Shown here in pieces: positions 37,247 through 51,131 of a stretch of 64,000 bases of DNA. The stretch lies in NCBI RefSeq assembly GCF_009914755.1, contig NC_060929.1; one strand, written 5' to 3'. The notes below the pieces were generated by a model. The model was given only the letters and a program-made list of their open reading frames with translations, was not told where the DNA came from and did no database searches. Origin of the DNA: the human T2T-CHM13v2.0 reference genome, Homo sapiens. Within the stretch, counting starts at the first letter, position 1, and every line of letters begins with the position of its first letter. A program made the position numbers and the translations under genes.

Positions 37247-39199
37247 CTTTAAACAAATTTTGTTTGCAAGGAAAAAATCAACACCATTTAAAGCAGGAAA
37301 ATAAAATCCAAACCTGAGTTTGTCCTCATAAAATAAACTGGTAAGTATTCCCTCATCTTATATATGTTTAATATTTCTGAGGAGTTGCAGTTAATTCTTT
37401 AAAGGTGGAGTGGTATTCACTAGTGAATCCATTTTGATCTGAACTTTGTAGAAAATTTTCATTAATTCTTTAATGTCTTTATGATACTTATATGCAGATT
37501 TTCTATTTCTTCTTGAGTCAGTTTCCGTAGTTTGTGTTTTTCTAGGAATTTGTCCATTATCTGATGTATTAGCATATAATCATTCATAGTATTCCCTTAT
37601 AATCCTTTTTGATGTCTGTAATTAGCAGTTATGCCCCTTCCTTCATTCTTGATTTTAATAATTTGAGCCTTCTTTCTTTTTTATAATCTGCTTAACTAAA
37701 AGTTTGTCAATTTTGTTACTCTTTCCAAAGAACCAACTTTTAGTTTCATTAATTTTTCTTTATTTTTTTATTCTCAATTTTATTTATTTATGATCTTACG
37801 TTTATCGCTTCCTTTGGTTTACATCCTCTTTTTTTTTTAATTCTGTAGGCAGTAAATAATTAGGTCATGTTTGTTGATCTGGTCTAACAATCTCTGCCTT
37901 TTGGCTAGATTTTTAATTCTTTCATATTCAATGTTATTATAGACATACAGGATTATATTTGCCATTTTACTTCTTGTTTTCTTAGTGTTTTGTGTTCTGT
38001 TTGTTTCTTTTTTTATTATTATTACCTTATTTGGGGTTAAATATATAATTTTTGTACATAAAATTTCAATTTGTCCCTGCTTTTATTATATTTTTAAGTT
38101 TTTTTTTTCTTTTGTGGTTGCCCTGGGGAATGCAATTAACATCTCAGTCTATAATAAACGAGTCCATATGAAGAGCAACTTAATTTTAATAGGATACAAA
38201 TCCTTTGCTCCTATATATCTCAATTCCTTTTGCCCTCCTTTATGGTATTATTGGTATATTAATTTCATGTTTATACATTATGTGCCTATCAATGTTAATT
38301 CATAGTTTTGGCTTTGTTGGTTTAATTTTTAATCAGATAGGAAAAACAAATTAAAAAAATACATTTATCTCCCTTTTATATTTACTGGTGTGGTTATCTT
38401 TACCAGCATACTTCATTCTTTCATACAATTCAACTGTCAAGTATCCTTTTGTTTTATTGGTATTTCTTAATAAGGCCAGTGCTAATGACAAATTCTCTCA
38501 GTTTTGTTATCTGAGAATTTGTTAGTTTTTCCTTTATTATTTTAAAGGTAGTGTTGCTAAATATGGAATTTGAAGTTAATATTATTCTATCAGGATTTTG
38601 AATATGTGAACCTACTGTGTCGTGGTGTTTGTGGTTTCTGATGAAAAAATAGCTGATATTTTACTGAGGCTCTTTCCTAGTAATGATTTACTTCTCACTT
38701 GCTCATTTTAAGTTTCCGTTTTTGCTTTGTGGCTCGGAATTGTTTCAATATGATGTGTCTCATTTTTATTCTCTTTGACTTTATTTTACTTGGAATTTGT
38801 TGAACTTTTTAGATGGGTAGATTTATATATTTTATTCGAATTTGAGATGTTTTAAATTATTATTTCTTCATATTTTTTCCTGCCTCTCTCTGTTTCTTCT
38901 CTCCTCCTGGGACACTCATTATGTGTATGTTGGTACTCTTGATAGTGCTCCACGAGTATCTGAGGCTCTGTTTGTTTTTCTTCATTATTTTTGCTTTTTG
39001 TTCCTCAGACTGGATAATCTCAATTGCACTGTCTTCAAGTTCACTGATTGTTTCTCCAACCAATCACATTTGCTGCTACTGATCAATCCCTGCGTCAATT
39101 TTTTATTTATTATTATTATTTGGAACTTTAACTCCAACATTTTTCTTTGGATTTTCAAAAAACAATGTCTCTATACTTCGATATATTCTATCTAGTGAG

Positions 39200-39687
39200 T
39201 ATTATGAGGTGATTTTTTTCCCACCAAAATTCTAATTTGAAATCCTAACCCCCCAGTATGTGACTATATTTGGAAATAAGGCCTTTAATGGAGGTAAATA
39301 AGTTAAAATGAAGCCATCAGGGTCAAGGCATGACAACCACTCCTTGACCTGAGAACCTCTTGGTAAGCTAGATAGAATAAAGTCCTTCTCAGTCATTTCT
39401 GGCTACCCACATGATTTTTTAGGTCCCTAATCAAATCTGTCTGATGATTTTATAAGAAAGAGTGGATTTGCGCACACAAAGGAGGTACACAGGTCGAGGA
39501 AAGATTGTGTGACAATATAGTGAGAAGGTGGAGAAGGAACCAAGGAGAGAGGCCTTAGACAAATTTAAATTTGCCCACACATTGGTCTTAGGCTTCTAGC
39601 CTCCAGAATCATGAGAAAAGACATTTCTCTTTTTTAAGACACTCACTCTGTGGTATTGTGTTACGGTAGCCCTAGCAAACAAATACA
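39200..39687 (+). mobile_element. MLT1A/B-like MaLR LTR
   Basis: aatcctaaccccccagtatgtgactatatttggaaataaggcc...tagccctagcaaacaaataca. Confidence 0.82.
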
Positions 39688-39737
39688 CTGAGACACTCTT
39701 TTCAAATTTTCTTTTAGTTCTTTAGATGTGATGTATT

Positions 39738-39754
39738 TCTTCTTTTTCTTTTAT

Positions 39755-39826
<72 letters not shown>

Positions 39827-40116
39827 TCCTTTTCCTTTTCTGAGATAGGGTCTTACACTGTCAGGCTGGAGTGCAGTGACACAATCATGGTTCACTGCAG
39901 CCTTGATCTCCCCAGGTTCAGGTGATCCTCCCACCTCAGCCTCCTGAGTAGCTGGGACTACAGACACATACCACCACACCCTGCTACGTTTTGCATATTT
40001 TTGGAGAGATGTGGTTTCACCATGTTGCCCAAGCTGATCTTGAACTCCTGGGCTCAAGCAACCTGCCAGTCTCAGTCTTGTGGAAGTACCGGAATTACAG
40101 GTATGAGCCACCACAC
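39738..40116 (-). mobile_element. AluJ-like element with (TTTC)n tail
   Basis: (TTTC)n at 39756-39828, then GAGATAGGGTCT...GAGCCACCACACC. Confidence 0.92.
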
Positions 40117-40354
40117 CTTCATTGAACACACTTAAAATATCTGATGTATTATTTTTCAGGTTTTTCTCTGGAACATTTCTATTGATTGCATTGTTACCTA
40201 TATATGCATCATACTTTGTTTTTTTCTGTATGTCACATGTACTTTTGTTGAAAGCCTGACCTTTAGGATAGTACAATGTGGCAACTCTCAGTATCAGATT
40301 CTCTCCTCTGTCTAGGATTTGTTGCTGTTTGTATGTGTTGGTTTTTTTGTAATA

Positions 40355-40903
40355 TTTTTTCTTTTTTTAACATCTAAGTTAAGGGGTACATATGCAGGTT
40401 TGTTTCAATGGAAAACTTGTGTCATGGGGGTTTGTTGTACAGATTATTTCATCACCCAAGTATTAAACCTAGCATCAAATTAGGTATTTTTCCTAATCCC
40501 TCCCTCCTCCCACCCTCCACCCTTTAATAGGCCAGATGTGTGTTGTTCTCTTTGTATCCATGTGTTCTCATCATTTAGCTCCCATGTATAGATGAGAACA
40601 TGTGGTATTTCTTTTTCTGTTCTTGCATTAGTTTGCTAAGAATAATGATCTCCAGCTCCATCCATGTTCAGGCAAAGGGCATAATCTCATTCTTTTTATG
40701 GCTGCATAGTATTACATGGTGTACATATACCACATTTTCTTTATCCAGTCTATCACCAATGAACATTTAGGTTGATATCATGTTTTTGCTTTTGTGAATA
40801 GTGCTGCAATGAATATATGCATGTGCATGTCTTTATAATAGAACTATTTATATTCCTTTGGGTATATACCCAGTAATGGGATTGCTGGGTCAAATGGTAT
40901 TTC
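40355..40903 (-). mobile_element. L1P 3' end (5'-truncated)
   Basis: ggggtacatatgcaggtttgtt...ctccagctccatccatgt...gggattgctgggtcaaatggtatttc. Confidence 0.92.
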
Positions 40904-40959
40904 TTAGTGACTCTCCTTAACTAATTATGTGAAGTCTCCATATTTTGTATGTGGCCACT

Positions 40960-41404
40960 GACATTGCTGGAACCTGTAAATGTCATCTTATAAGGAAAGA
41001 GGTGTATACAGATGTGATTAACTTAAGGAGTTTACCATGGGATGATTATTCTGGATTATGTGGGTGGGCCATAGATCCAATCAGAGGTGTTCTTATAAGA
41101 AAAAGGCAGAGGAAGTTTATATACCCATATTAGAAGAAAGTGATGTGAAGACAGATGCAGAGATTGGAATGATGTAGCCACAGCCCAGGAATTCTAGAAG
41201 CTAGGTTTCCAGATGCTAGGGTTCTCCTCTGCATTTTCTAGAGGAAGCATGGCCCTACAAACTCTTTGATTTAAGCTTAGTATAATTAATTCTGAATTCT
41301 TTGCTTTCAGAAATGTGAGAGAATACATTTCTGTTGGTTTAAGCTATGTTGTGCTTTTACAAGTTTTTGGTGATTTGTAATTTAAGCCATAGGAAATGAA
41401 CACA
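40960..41404 (+). mobile_element. MLT1D-like MaLR LTR
   Basis: ggaacctgtaaatgtcatctta..cagatgtgattaa..gattattctggattatgtgggtgggcc...gccataggaaatgaacaca. Confidence 0.82.
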
Positions 41405-43078
41405 GCATGTCTGTGGCCTACTGGATTCCCAGGAATACTTAGGAATGTATAAAATCCTCTATGAACATTCATACTCCAGATTTTGCTTTGCAGTTTTCTC
41501 TTAGCCTAGTGTTTGCCCAAACTGTTATTCACTTCTTCAGACAGCCATAATGCTAAACAATTTTCTGTAATTGTTTTTGACAAATAACCTAGAGGAAAAG
41601 GCTTTCATACTGGTGAGCTTCAAGTCAGTTTGTTTAAAGACAGACTTACCATTAGTGTCTTCTGGGAAACCACCAGCCAAGTCAATGACAGTGCTCTGGA
41701 AACATTCTTTGAAGGAGCTCCTGTTTTTCTCTTTGGTGGCTGCCACTGTGGGTTTTCACTGGGATTGTAGGCTGCTGGTTTTTATTGGTACTGCAGAGAT
41801 GGGGATGGAGGAGACGTTAAAACACCACATAGTTTTCCATTCTTGCTGAGTTTCAGCCAGTTTTCTTGCATACATTCTCTCTGTATTGCTGCAAGACTTA
41901 GATTTATTTCTAGAGTTTGAAAAAGTTGGTGCTGAAAATTTTGTTAGGGTTCTTATTGCTTTTATATAGAAAAAAATTTTCAGAGATTCTTACTTTCTGA
42001 ATATATGAGGTTATCAATTTTGTTATGACCTCATATATTTTTATTCGTCAATTATTAGCAGCAAATCTATAAGGTGATTTTAGGCATTTATTAAACTCAA
42101 ATAATTATTCATTTATCTCTCTAAAGTTTTAAGTAAATACTATGACTTTCAACATTTCTAAAAATATGTATCAATACTGTGAACAACACTGATATTTAAC
42201 AAGCTCCCCAAGTAATAATGTCTTAATAATTACTGTATCACTGTATTGAATATTTGGGACCCTGTTGTTCACTGGTAAAGTGATTTTTATCTTTCTTCAA
42301 CCACACTTTTTTTTACATCCTCTGTGGATTAGTTCCTACTTTGTCACAATGCAATCTGATAGGTCATATTTAGCCTCACAAATAGCAATTAATACGTGAG
42401 GTTAGAAAGTAATTTTTAAAAACCTCAGGTCTGTATAATTAGATCTCTTCTCTCTAACGTTGTATTGCTCCAGTCTTATAAAATTTTCAAAGTAGAATAG
42501 AGGTGGCACGGTGTTCTTGTTTGTTTGTTTTTCTTGTTTGTCAGCTTCTTCCATGTAATATATGGTGGTTCCTCATCTCTCCAGTGATGTTGCCTCACAT
42601 GAGGGGAATGACAAAAAAAAAAAGACTATTTTATTAGGCTGATGCTGTCAGAGTTTGTTGTTGTTGTTGCTGTTGTTGTTTTCTTCTGGAATTTGATGTA
42701 CATTTAAACAGACACATACTCCTTTGAGGAGTGTTTTGTGTTTATTTCTTTTTAGTAACAACCATCACCAGTTCCTGAATTTCCATTGACTAAACCCTCT
42801 GTCAGATCATTCCATCTTCTCTTCACTTAAGTCCTTTTTGAGATGGAATCCAAACCAGGTTACTTCTACACCTGTCCCATGGAAGATGTACACTATCATC
42901 TTGTAGTCCATAGTAGCAACACAACTCACTCTTCCTTTCTCTCTGGTTTGTCATCTCAGATCAATCCAGATACAGCTTGGTATCGTTCTGAGTACTAGTC
43001 AAACTCCAGAAACAGGACTCACGCAGTAGTTGGTTTCTGTGAAGCCTCTTTCACTTTGTTGATGAAAGGGAAACATAA

Positions 43079-43377
43079 TTTTTTTTTTTTTTTTTGAGAC
43101 AGGGTTTCACTTTTGTTGTCCAGGCTGTAGTGCAATGGCACAAACTTGGCTCATCACAACCTCCACCTCCCAGGTTCAAGCAATTCTCCTGCCTCAGCCT
43201 TCTGAGTAGCTGGGGTAACAGGCCTGCACCACCACGCCTGGCTAATTTTGTACTTTTAGTAGAGACAGGGTTTCTCCGTGTTGGTCAGGCGGATCTTGAA
43301 CTCCTGACCTCAGGTGATCCGCCTGCCTCAGCCTCCCAGATTTCAGGGATTACAGTCATGAGCCACCGCACTCAGCC
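43079..43377 (-). mobile_element. AluS (Sq/Sp-like)
   Basis: Poly(T), GTTTCACTTTTGTTG diagnostic; TSD GGGAAACATA at 43068-43077 and 43378-43387. Confidence 0.95.
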
Positions 43378-44409
43378 GGGAAACATACTACTTCTAATCA
43401 CTAATTGCAAGGAATCTAATACTTTGCCCCAGGAAGGTCCTCTCCTAGTTGGTTTCTATAAACTTTTTATAAGATAGATTGGAGAGATCAGGAATTCCAG
43501 TCTTATAATCTCTTAATACATTCTGCACAGATGGTTTAAAAACGTACTTTAGAATGTGTGCGTTGTTGCTACCTGTCATCATTTTACTTACAGAAAGACC
43601 TTAGCTCAAAGAGCTTTTATTACAAATGAAAGAAAGATAATGTGATTGGCGTAACAATTTTAAGGAGCAACACTGAATTTAAGAAGATAATTAAGTAACA
43701 TTTTTGCTAGTTCAATAGGTAAATAACTTTGAAACCATGTAAATATTATTGACTAAATTGTAATTTACATATGATATCTTGAATATACTTTTTTAGACTT
43801 GGAATACTAAAAAAATTTGCTATGAACAAGCTCGCTCTGAAACTTTACTTGAAACTTCTCAAAATAAGAGAAAATATCTCGGATGTGTAATAAGGAAAAA
43901 AGGATATGATTTATTCAAATATATTGTAAATTTTTAATGATGTTTTTAAGTAACCAGAATGTAAAATACCAGATAATAAGATATCAGATGGTGAATTGTA
44001 GAAGGTGTTTGGAACACAAGAAATAAAAGAATGCTAAGATTCTTGTCTTATGATTAATTAGTTCCACATATTCATTATGATATATTCATATTTCTGTGAC
44101 ATTTAGTGATAACCATTAGAAAAAAAGACATAAAATTCATAGTTTTAAACAACCAACATGAATAAAATGACAACGTTACTCAAGAGAATAGGAGTTAAGA
44201 AATTCCTACATTGCCATACAATTTGATTAAGGAAGAAGTAGGAAATGTTTACAGATCAATAAAAACAAAATTATCAAATTGCTCCTGACATATTCATGAT
44301 AGATGTCTTAGTCAGTCTGAGCTTCCATAACGATGTATCAGGTAATAAAAGATGAAATAATAAAAAACAATTTTTAGATCTAATAACAATAGCAGACAAT
44401 CATAAGAAT

Positions 44410-44790
44410 AGTCAAATAAAAACAAATCCAGACATAGATAAGGAAAGACTTTATTTTAAAAAGCTGTTGTAATAGGAATAACTGGACAACCTCAGGATTG
44501 CAGGTGTCTCAAAACTAAACAGGGAAAAGGCTTTTTTACTATAGCCCGGGTAAGTAGAACTAGCAGGAACTTTGTGGAGAGCATGATAAGCCAGCAAAGC
44601 TATCAAGTGGAAAATCAAGGTGCTTCAATAAGAAATGCTTCTTTCTATGGTCAGTAGATGATTGGAATGAGCTGTGAAGGGAGATATTAATGCTTAGTGC
44701 TTGCTTAATATTAGGGTAAGCCAAAGTTTAGGAGCCTTTGAGAAGAGAAGCCTGATTCAGGTTTAGTCAGGCCAACTCCATGGATAACTA
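44410..44790 (-). mobile_element. Possible old ERV1 LTR fragment
   Basis: gactttattttaaaaagctgttgtaatagg resembles an antisense LTR poly-A region like the one at about 50430. Confidence 0.35.
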
Positions 44791-45164
44791 ATGAGCATTA
44801 AAAACATTTTTATCAGGTACTTTATAGGTACCAGGTACTGTCTTATTTTCTTAACAAATGTTAATGTATTTAATCAATGAAGCTGAAATTTTGCAGGGAA
44901 AAAAATAGGTGAATTTCATACAGGTTCAGAAAACTACTCAATAAAAAAAACAATATGTCAAAAACAGGTCTTGGGCCACACTTTACATCAGAAAAGAATA
45001 GAGACTGGGGATACGACATAAGACTGCTAGACGAGAACTGGAAATAATTGTTGAACATCACAATTGATTACTTTGTGTATATATTCAATATAAATACTTG
45101 AACATATTAATACTACAGGGAAAGCAAACATTGATTAATCCAACCATAGAAAGACATTTATATG

Positions 45165-45484
<320 letters not shown>

Positions 45485-45824
45485 CTATTTTGACATAGGC
45501 CAATATGGATTAAATTATAATTTAATCATTCTCCTTTATTTTTCTATGTTGTTTTTATAACTTAGATTTATAAAAGTGGGTGTTCTCTATTGAAAAATAA
45601 AAAGACACACATATACTATGGAAATATAATATATGAAGTATTAAGACATACAGACAAGCAAACTTTGCCTGAAATGTGTGACTAGATGATAAAAAGGGGA
45701 AAAATAAAGTGTGATATCTTTTATGCTTTTCTGTTTGAAAAAATTACAACTTAAAAGCACTGTATAGAACATTAAAGTGTACTTTATACATGCATAGACT
45801 AATATCAAAATAACACACCCACCA

Positions 45825-45853
45825 CACATATATATATATATGTGTGTGCGTGC

Positions 45854-45892
<39 letters not shown>
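45825..45892. repeat. Compound (TA)n/(TG)n/(CA)n microsatellite
   Basis: Directly visible. Confidence 0.9.
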
Positions 45893-45893
<1 letters not shown>

Positions 45894-45990
45894 GTTTGTC
45901 GAGTGAAGCAGTGGAAGTGGAGAAGGAACAAATAAATCTGTAACTGATTATGATCAATTAGCTGTAAACACCACTACACTTGGAGTGGCC
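45892..45990 (-). pseudogene. RNY3: Y3 RNA pseudogene, near full length
   Basis: Reverse complement GGCCACTCCAAGTGTAGTGGTGTTTACAGCTAATTGATCATAATCAGTTACAGATTTATTTGTTCCTTCTCCACTTCCACTGCTTCACTCGACAAACCT aligns end to end with hY3 (GGCTGGTCCGAGTGCAGTGGTGTTTACAACTAATTGATCACAACCAG...) with scattered substitutions. Confidence 0.92.
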
Positions 45991-46514
45991 TAAAGTCACA
46001 TTTTATTAAAATAGAAAAAAAAACCCTCATCAGAACAAAGAAAGCAAAAGGTAATTATTGAGAATATAAAATACACATGGGTGTTTTCTCAATTTTGGTT
46101 ACTCCTGTTCCACCATCTACTGGTAGCTTTTGAGAATGCTTTTTGTCTCCCTCAAAACCAATTCACTTTTTCTAAAATATGTTAACAAACCTGTTTATTG
46201 ACAGAAGTTGTTTCTTCAAAGTTTCCTCTTTACTCGCTTAATAATTAACTCCAGAATAAATCTATAAAGGTATGTTTGTCCTTCAAATACTACCTTCTTT
46301 GGCAATTGCAATATGCATTAAACCGGTCAGAGTGTTCCAGTTTCTCTAAGTTTAAATACCACACAGGTAAAATTAATGCTAATTGATAATTTAAATGAAT
46401 TGATTTAAAATCATTTTTTATGAAATATCTTTTATGAATTTATATAGTACCAAAGATATTATAGTTAAGTTTATTTAACTTTGTTTCTCTTTCTCCCTGT
46501 GTTTCTGTTGATCG

Positions 46515-46568
<54 letters not shown>
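46515..46568. repeat. (CT)n(GT)n microsatellite
   Basis: Directly visible. Confidence 0.95.
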
Positions 46569-46570
<2 letters not shown>

Positions 46571-46642
46571 CTCTTTTTCTCAATATTTGAATCAAGGTTA
46601 GGTAGATATGTGGGATAATGGAAACCATATTTTGTTGGTTGT

Positions 46643-47055
46643 TGTATTAGTCTGCTTGGGCTGCCCTAATAACACAGATTGGGTGGCTTAAACAACAGAC
46701 GTTTATTTTCTCCTAGTTCTGGAGACTGAAAATCCAAGATTAAGATGCTAGAAGATATAGGTACTGATGCAGACTGTCTTCCTGGTGGGCAGTCAGCAAC
46801 CTTTCGCTATGCTTTCACAAGTCTTTCCTCTCCTCATGGAAGAGAGGCACAGAAAGAACTGGGGTGTTTGTTCTTCTTATAAAGACATCAGTTGTATTGA
46901 ACTAAAACCCCACTCTTATGACCTCATTTAACCCTGATTACCTACATAAAGGGCCTATCACCAAATACAGAAATTTGGGAATTTTATTGTCCCCAAATTC
47001 CTGGGTTTTAGCTTCAACACAGGAATTTGTGGGAATACAATTCACTCCATTATAG
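46643..47055 (-). mobile_element. MLT1A-like MaLR LTR
   Basis: tgtattagtctgcttgggctgcc...tgacctcatttaaccctgattacc...acaattcactccat. Confidence 0.85.
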
Positions 47056-47846
47056 TAGGTGTAAATTGATGCAACTTTTATAACAAGCTGTCTTGTAATA
47101 CATAACATTTGCTTGGAAGCCTTTATCTCCTTATCCAGTCATTTACTTCTGGGAATTTATTTTAATAAAGTATATGAAACACTGAATAGGGTTTGCTCAC
47201 AAATATGTTCACCACAGTCATAGAAAATTATAATACTGTACAACATTCTGGAGTAAATAGGACTTTATGAACAAGAAGCTCTCAGTGCCCACAGCCCACC
47301 CAGGAGACCACACGCTTACTGAGGGCATCTGTGTCTTGCTGTACCTGGAACCCATTTGTGAAAACCAGTGATCCTGGTTGTACTAAAAGGATCTGATATA
47401 AAGACAGAATATCCGAGTAGTTAGTGGAGAGAACCTGATGTATTGGATTATTATTTCCTCTTCTTGTGAAGAAACAAGTGATAAGAGAGATTCCTGGAAG
47501 ATGAAAAAGGTGCTGGCATGTATATTTATACCCATCCATTTTTTTTGCCCATATATTCTTTAATATATTTTAAATTCTTTAAAATAATGTTTGGTAAAGC
47601 TTATCATGATAGAGAAATAATATGTACTCTAATGTTAATTTTTATTTTTTTTATTCTGTAAAGTTAGCATCAATATAAATATAACAGTAACAAAACATGC
47701 TACCACATTATTTGCTCCTGGGGAGTAAGAATATAGGTAATTTTGTTTATATTACATATTTTACCTTGTTTTTACCAAAATAAACAGGATTTATTTAATG
47801 CTATAAAATCCTAAATTAAATATGTGTGATATGTTCACACTATGTT

Positions 47847-48210
47847 TGGTATGGATGGAATCCTGTTCTCCCACAACTCACTTATTGAAGCCTTAACCTC
47901 TCATGTGAGTGTATTGGAGATAGAGCCTTTAAAGACGTGATTAAGGTTAAATGAAGTCTTAAGAATGGATGTCTGATAAGATCGAACTGATTACCTTTGC
48001 AGAAGAGAAAGAGATTCCAGAGTTCTCTTTCTACTGGTGAGGACATGGTGAAAAGTCTGCAGCCAGGAAAAGACTCCTCACCACAACCCAACTGGGCTGG
48101 CACCCTTATCTTGGACTTCTAATCTCCAGGACTCAGAGAAAACACACTTCTATTGTTTAACACATCCGGTCTCTTGTATTTTGTTGTGCTGGCCTGAGCC
48201 AGCTAACACA
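47847..48210 (+). mobile_element. MLT1A-like MaLR LTR
   Basis: gtattggagatagagcctttaa..ggcacccttatcttggacttc...cctgagccagctaacaca. Confidence 0.82.
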
Positions 48211-48695
48211 ACCTTATCACTTCGTAAGAAGCTCATGCCTGTTTATAATACATGCACACACACACACTCACACATAAATTTGTATATAATTAAAAATATC
48301 GGTATTCTAAGAGGCATCTTATTCATAAGAATATATAATTTTCCAAGTCCTAGAACTTGTGAGAAGCTTTAAAATATCACTAATTGGCTTACTTTTTTGA
48401 AATACTTTAATGGTAATTTGCGGTAATTACTCCTGCTTTATCTGAAGTTCACACAAAAGGTTATGCTTTTGTGACACTGACACATTGTCACAGCTCTGCG
48501 TTTTCCTGACATGGCTCTAAAATTACTTTGCCTCCTGAACTACATGACTTCCACTTCTGAGGCTCACATTTCCAGGCTTGGGCTGGACCTCAGAAATAGC
48601 CCACTGATAACTCTGTGATCTACCTAATTCTGAACCTGGGAGGAATGGGAATGGAGTCTCCATGAAGTCATCCTGGCTGTTGCTCCCATTTTTAC

Positions 48696-49243
48696 TGTTA
48701 GAGTAAGTAGTTAGGCAGACATGAGCAGGGCAGAAGAGGCCCTGCAGCCATGCTCCCACCAACCAGGAATGTCAGGTGACCATCAGGTGATGGTCAGGTA
48801 GTTGTTAAACTGTCTCTCTAAAATAATAATGGGTTGCAGCCAGCCAGGGAAAGGCACTCTTCCAGCAGGTAGAAAACACCTGAAACGTGATCAGTAGCTT
48901 CCAGATAAGATCTCAGGAGTTAGGTGAATGGGCTTAAGCATGAGCACTAGAGGCAAAATGGTGGAGTTTAATAGGTCTACGACCTTCCTCCAGGAACGCT
49001 TGACTAGTCAAGGAAAAATGCCTCAAATGAGGACATGCACAACTTCAGTAAACACACTGCACGTGCGCCCCTCCCAAGTGCTGCTGGGCCACTGAGCATG
49101 CAGACAGCCCACCCCAAAGGAAGAATCAAGAGAGGAGAGATGCAAACCCCGGAAGCAAGCCAAAGTATAAAAACCCCAAATCAAGGGTTGAAAGGGAAAG
49201 AATCAAGTTTGCTGAAGACCTGTTGGATTTGCTGCTGCTAACA
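48696..49243 (+). mobile_element. MER50 solo LTR with internal deletion
   Basis: TGTTAGAGTAAGTAGTTAGGCAGACATGAGCAGGGCAG start, GCTGCTAACA end, TSD TTAC at 48692-48695 and 49244-49247. Confidence 0.9.
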
Positions 49244-49437
49244 TTACCTCTCAACCACTATCTTGGTGGCTGAGCTCTTCGTCTGGTTATGTGAGTTTTT
49301 AATTTATTTGGTAATTAAGTTTTGTTTCTGAATCCTTATAATCCCATGTTTGTATTCTATCATAGCTGCCTAGTCTTTTTCTGATTTAATCGTAAGCACA
49401 TGACACCAAAAATTTGAAATGCCCTCATTCTTCTTAG

Positions 49438-49869
<432 letters not shown>

Positions 49870-50047
49870 TTGATCCATGATTTCCAATGTCTGCATTCAA
49901 ACTTGTAAAACGGTGCTGCTTGGTCTTGATCACAATACTATCACAGAAGATTAGACTTAAAAATATCCACGGAAATTAACCCATTCAAATGCGGTCATTT
50001 TACACACAGAGAAATTTCAAAATATTTTGGCCAAACTTACAGGAGGA

Positions 50048-51131
50048 GTGAATTAATTTCCCGTTGTTGCCATAATGAATTACCACAAATTCAGTGGCTT
50101 CAAACAACATATATTTATTATCTTAGAGGTTCTGTAGGTCAGAAATTGAAAAATCAGTTTCTCAGGGCTGAAGTCAAGGCATCTACTGGCCCGCTTCCTT
50201 CTAGAGGCTGTAGGGGAGAACCCATTCCCTGGCCGTTTCCAGAGTCCAGAAGTTGCCTGCATTTCATGGTCATGGCGCCTTGTGCTGGCCTCACTCCAAC
50301 CTGTGTTTCTGTCATCACATCTTCTCTCTCACTCCAACTTTACTGCTTCCCTCCTGTAAGCAATCTTGTGGTTACATTGGGCTGTCCAACTATAAACAAG
50401 TTTGGAGTCAGGTAAAAGGAAACCAGTATGCTATTTAAAAATATTATTGCAATAGGGAGAAATACACTAAGAATAAAACAAATGTCTCAGGAGTCAGGCA
50501 AAATAATTTTTTTTTTTAATGAAAAAAGTAAAGCTAGAGGGTGTGAGGAAGTGGAATAAAAGAGCAGTGTGCTTAGGTAGTAGATCAGAGAATGTGTAAC
50601 CCTGAGGCCAGAGTATTTCCTGAGACAGGCCCTTAAGGAGGGTTGTGTTTGCTGAGGGTGGTCAACATTCAGGGTTCTGGGGAAAGAGAGAATTTTAACT
50701 AAGGTCTGGTTAAGAATGATTTTCTTCTGATTGATCAGTGTGGGCAAAACAGTTCAACCAATCATTTGTGGGGTAAAAAAGGACAATTAGGAAAGTGTGT
50801 GTCTGATGTTGTCATATGTAAACAAGGGAGTGATCTGTGAGTTTTACCTAAGTCACATAGAGAAGGGGGATTCTTTGCAGTAGCCATTTTTCCAGAAAAT
50901 AGAAGTGTAGAGAGATTTTTTTTTAAGCTATCACTGTGTTCTACAATCAGAGGGCTTATGTAAACTTCGACATTGTCATGGCTCACCTGAATTATCCAGA
51001 ATAACCTTCCCATTGTGTGTTCCTTAATTACACCCACAAATGTCCTTTGCCATATGGGGCAAAATACAGTTTTCAGGGATAAGGGACATGTCTATCTTTG
51101 GCAAGGGGAAGGCATTTTTCAGCCTATCACA
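50048..51131 (-). mobile_element. MLT1 MaLR LTR split by a MER31-like LTR
   Basis: gccataatgaattaccacaaattcagtggc...ggttacattgggc, then the insertion, then tcacctgaattatccagaataacc...cagcctatcaca. Confidence 0.8.
50383..50978 (-). mobile_element. MER31-like ERV1 solo LTR
   Basis: TG..CA termini with GGGC/TGGC flanks; ggggattctttgcagtagccatt and tattattgcaataggga motifs. Confidence 0.6.

Larger units (their letters stand above)
37340..42000 (-). mobile_element. Old L1M (ORF2, ORF1 and 5' fragments) hosting later insertions
   Basis: Minus-strand ISELEDSAIEIIQSEEQKAK..SLRYSWSTIKSTNIHIMSVPGGE is ORF1p-like. Confidence 0.78.

Noticed and set aside
39722-40276. 184-aa ORF with KKER repeats
   Set aside because: Translation of an Alu plus a (GAAA)n microsatellite.
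42700-43500. Coding-looking segment around the Alu, faintly CR1/L2 endonuclease-like on the minus strand
   Set aside because: The frames I translated contain stops and the similarity is too weak to support.
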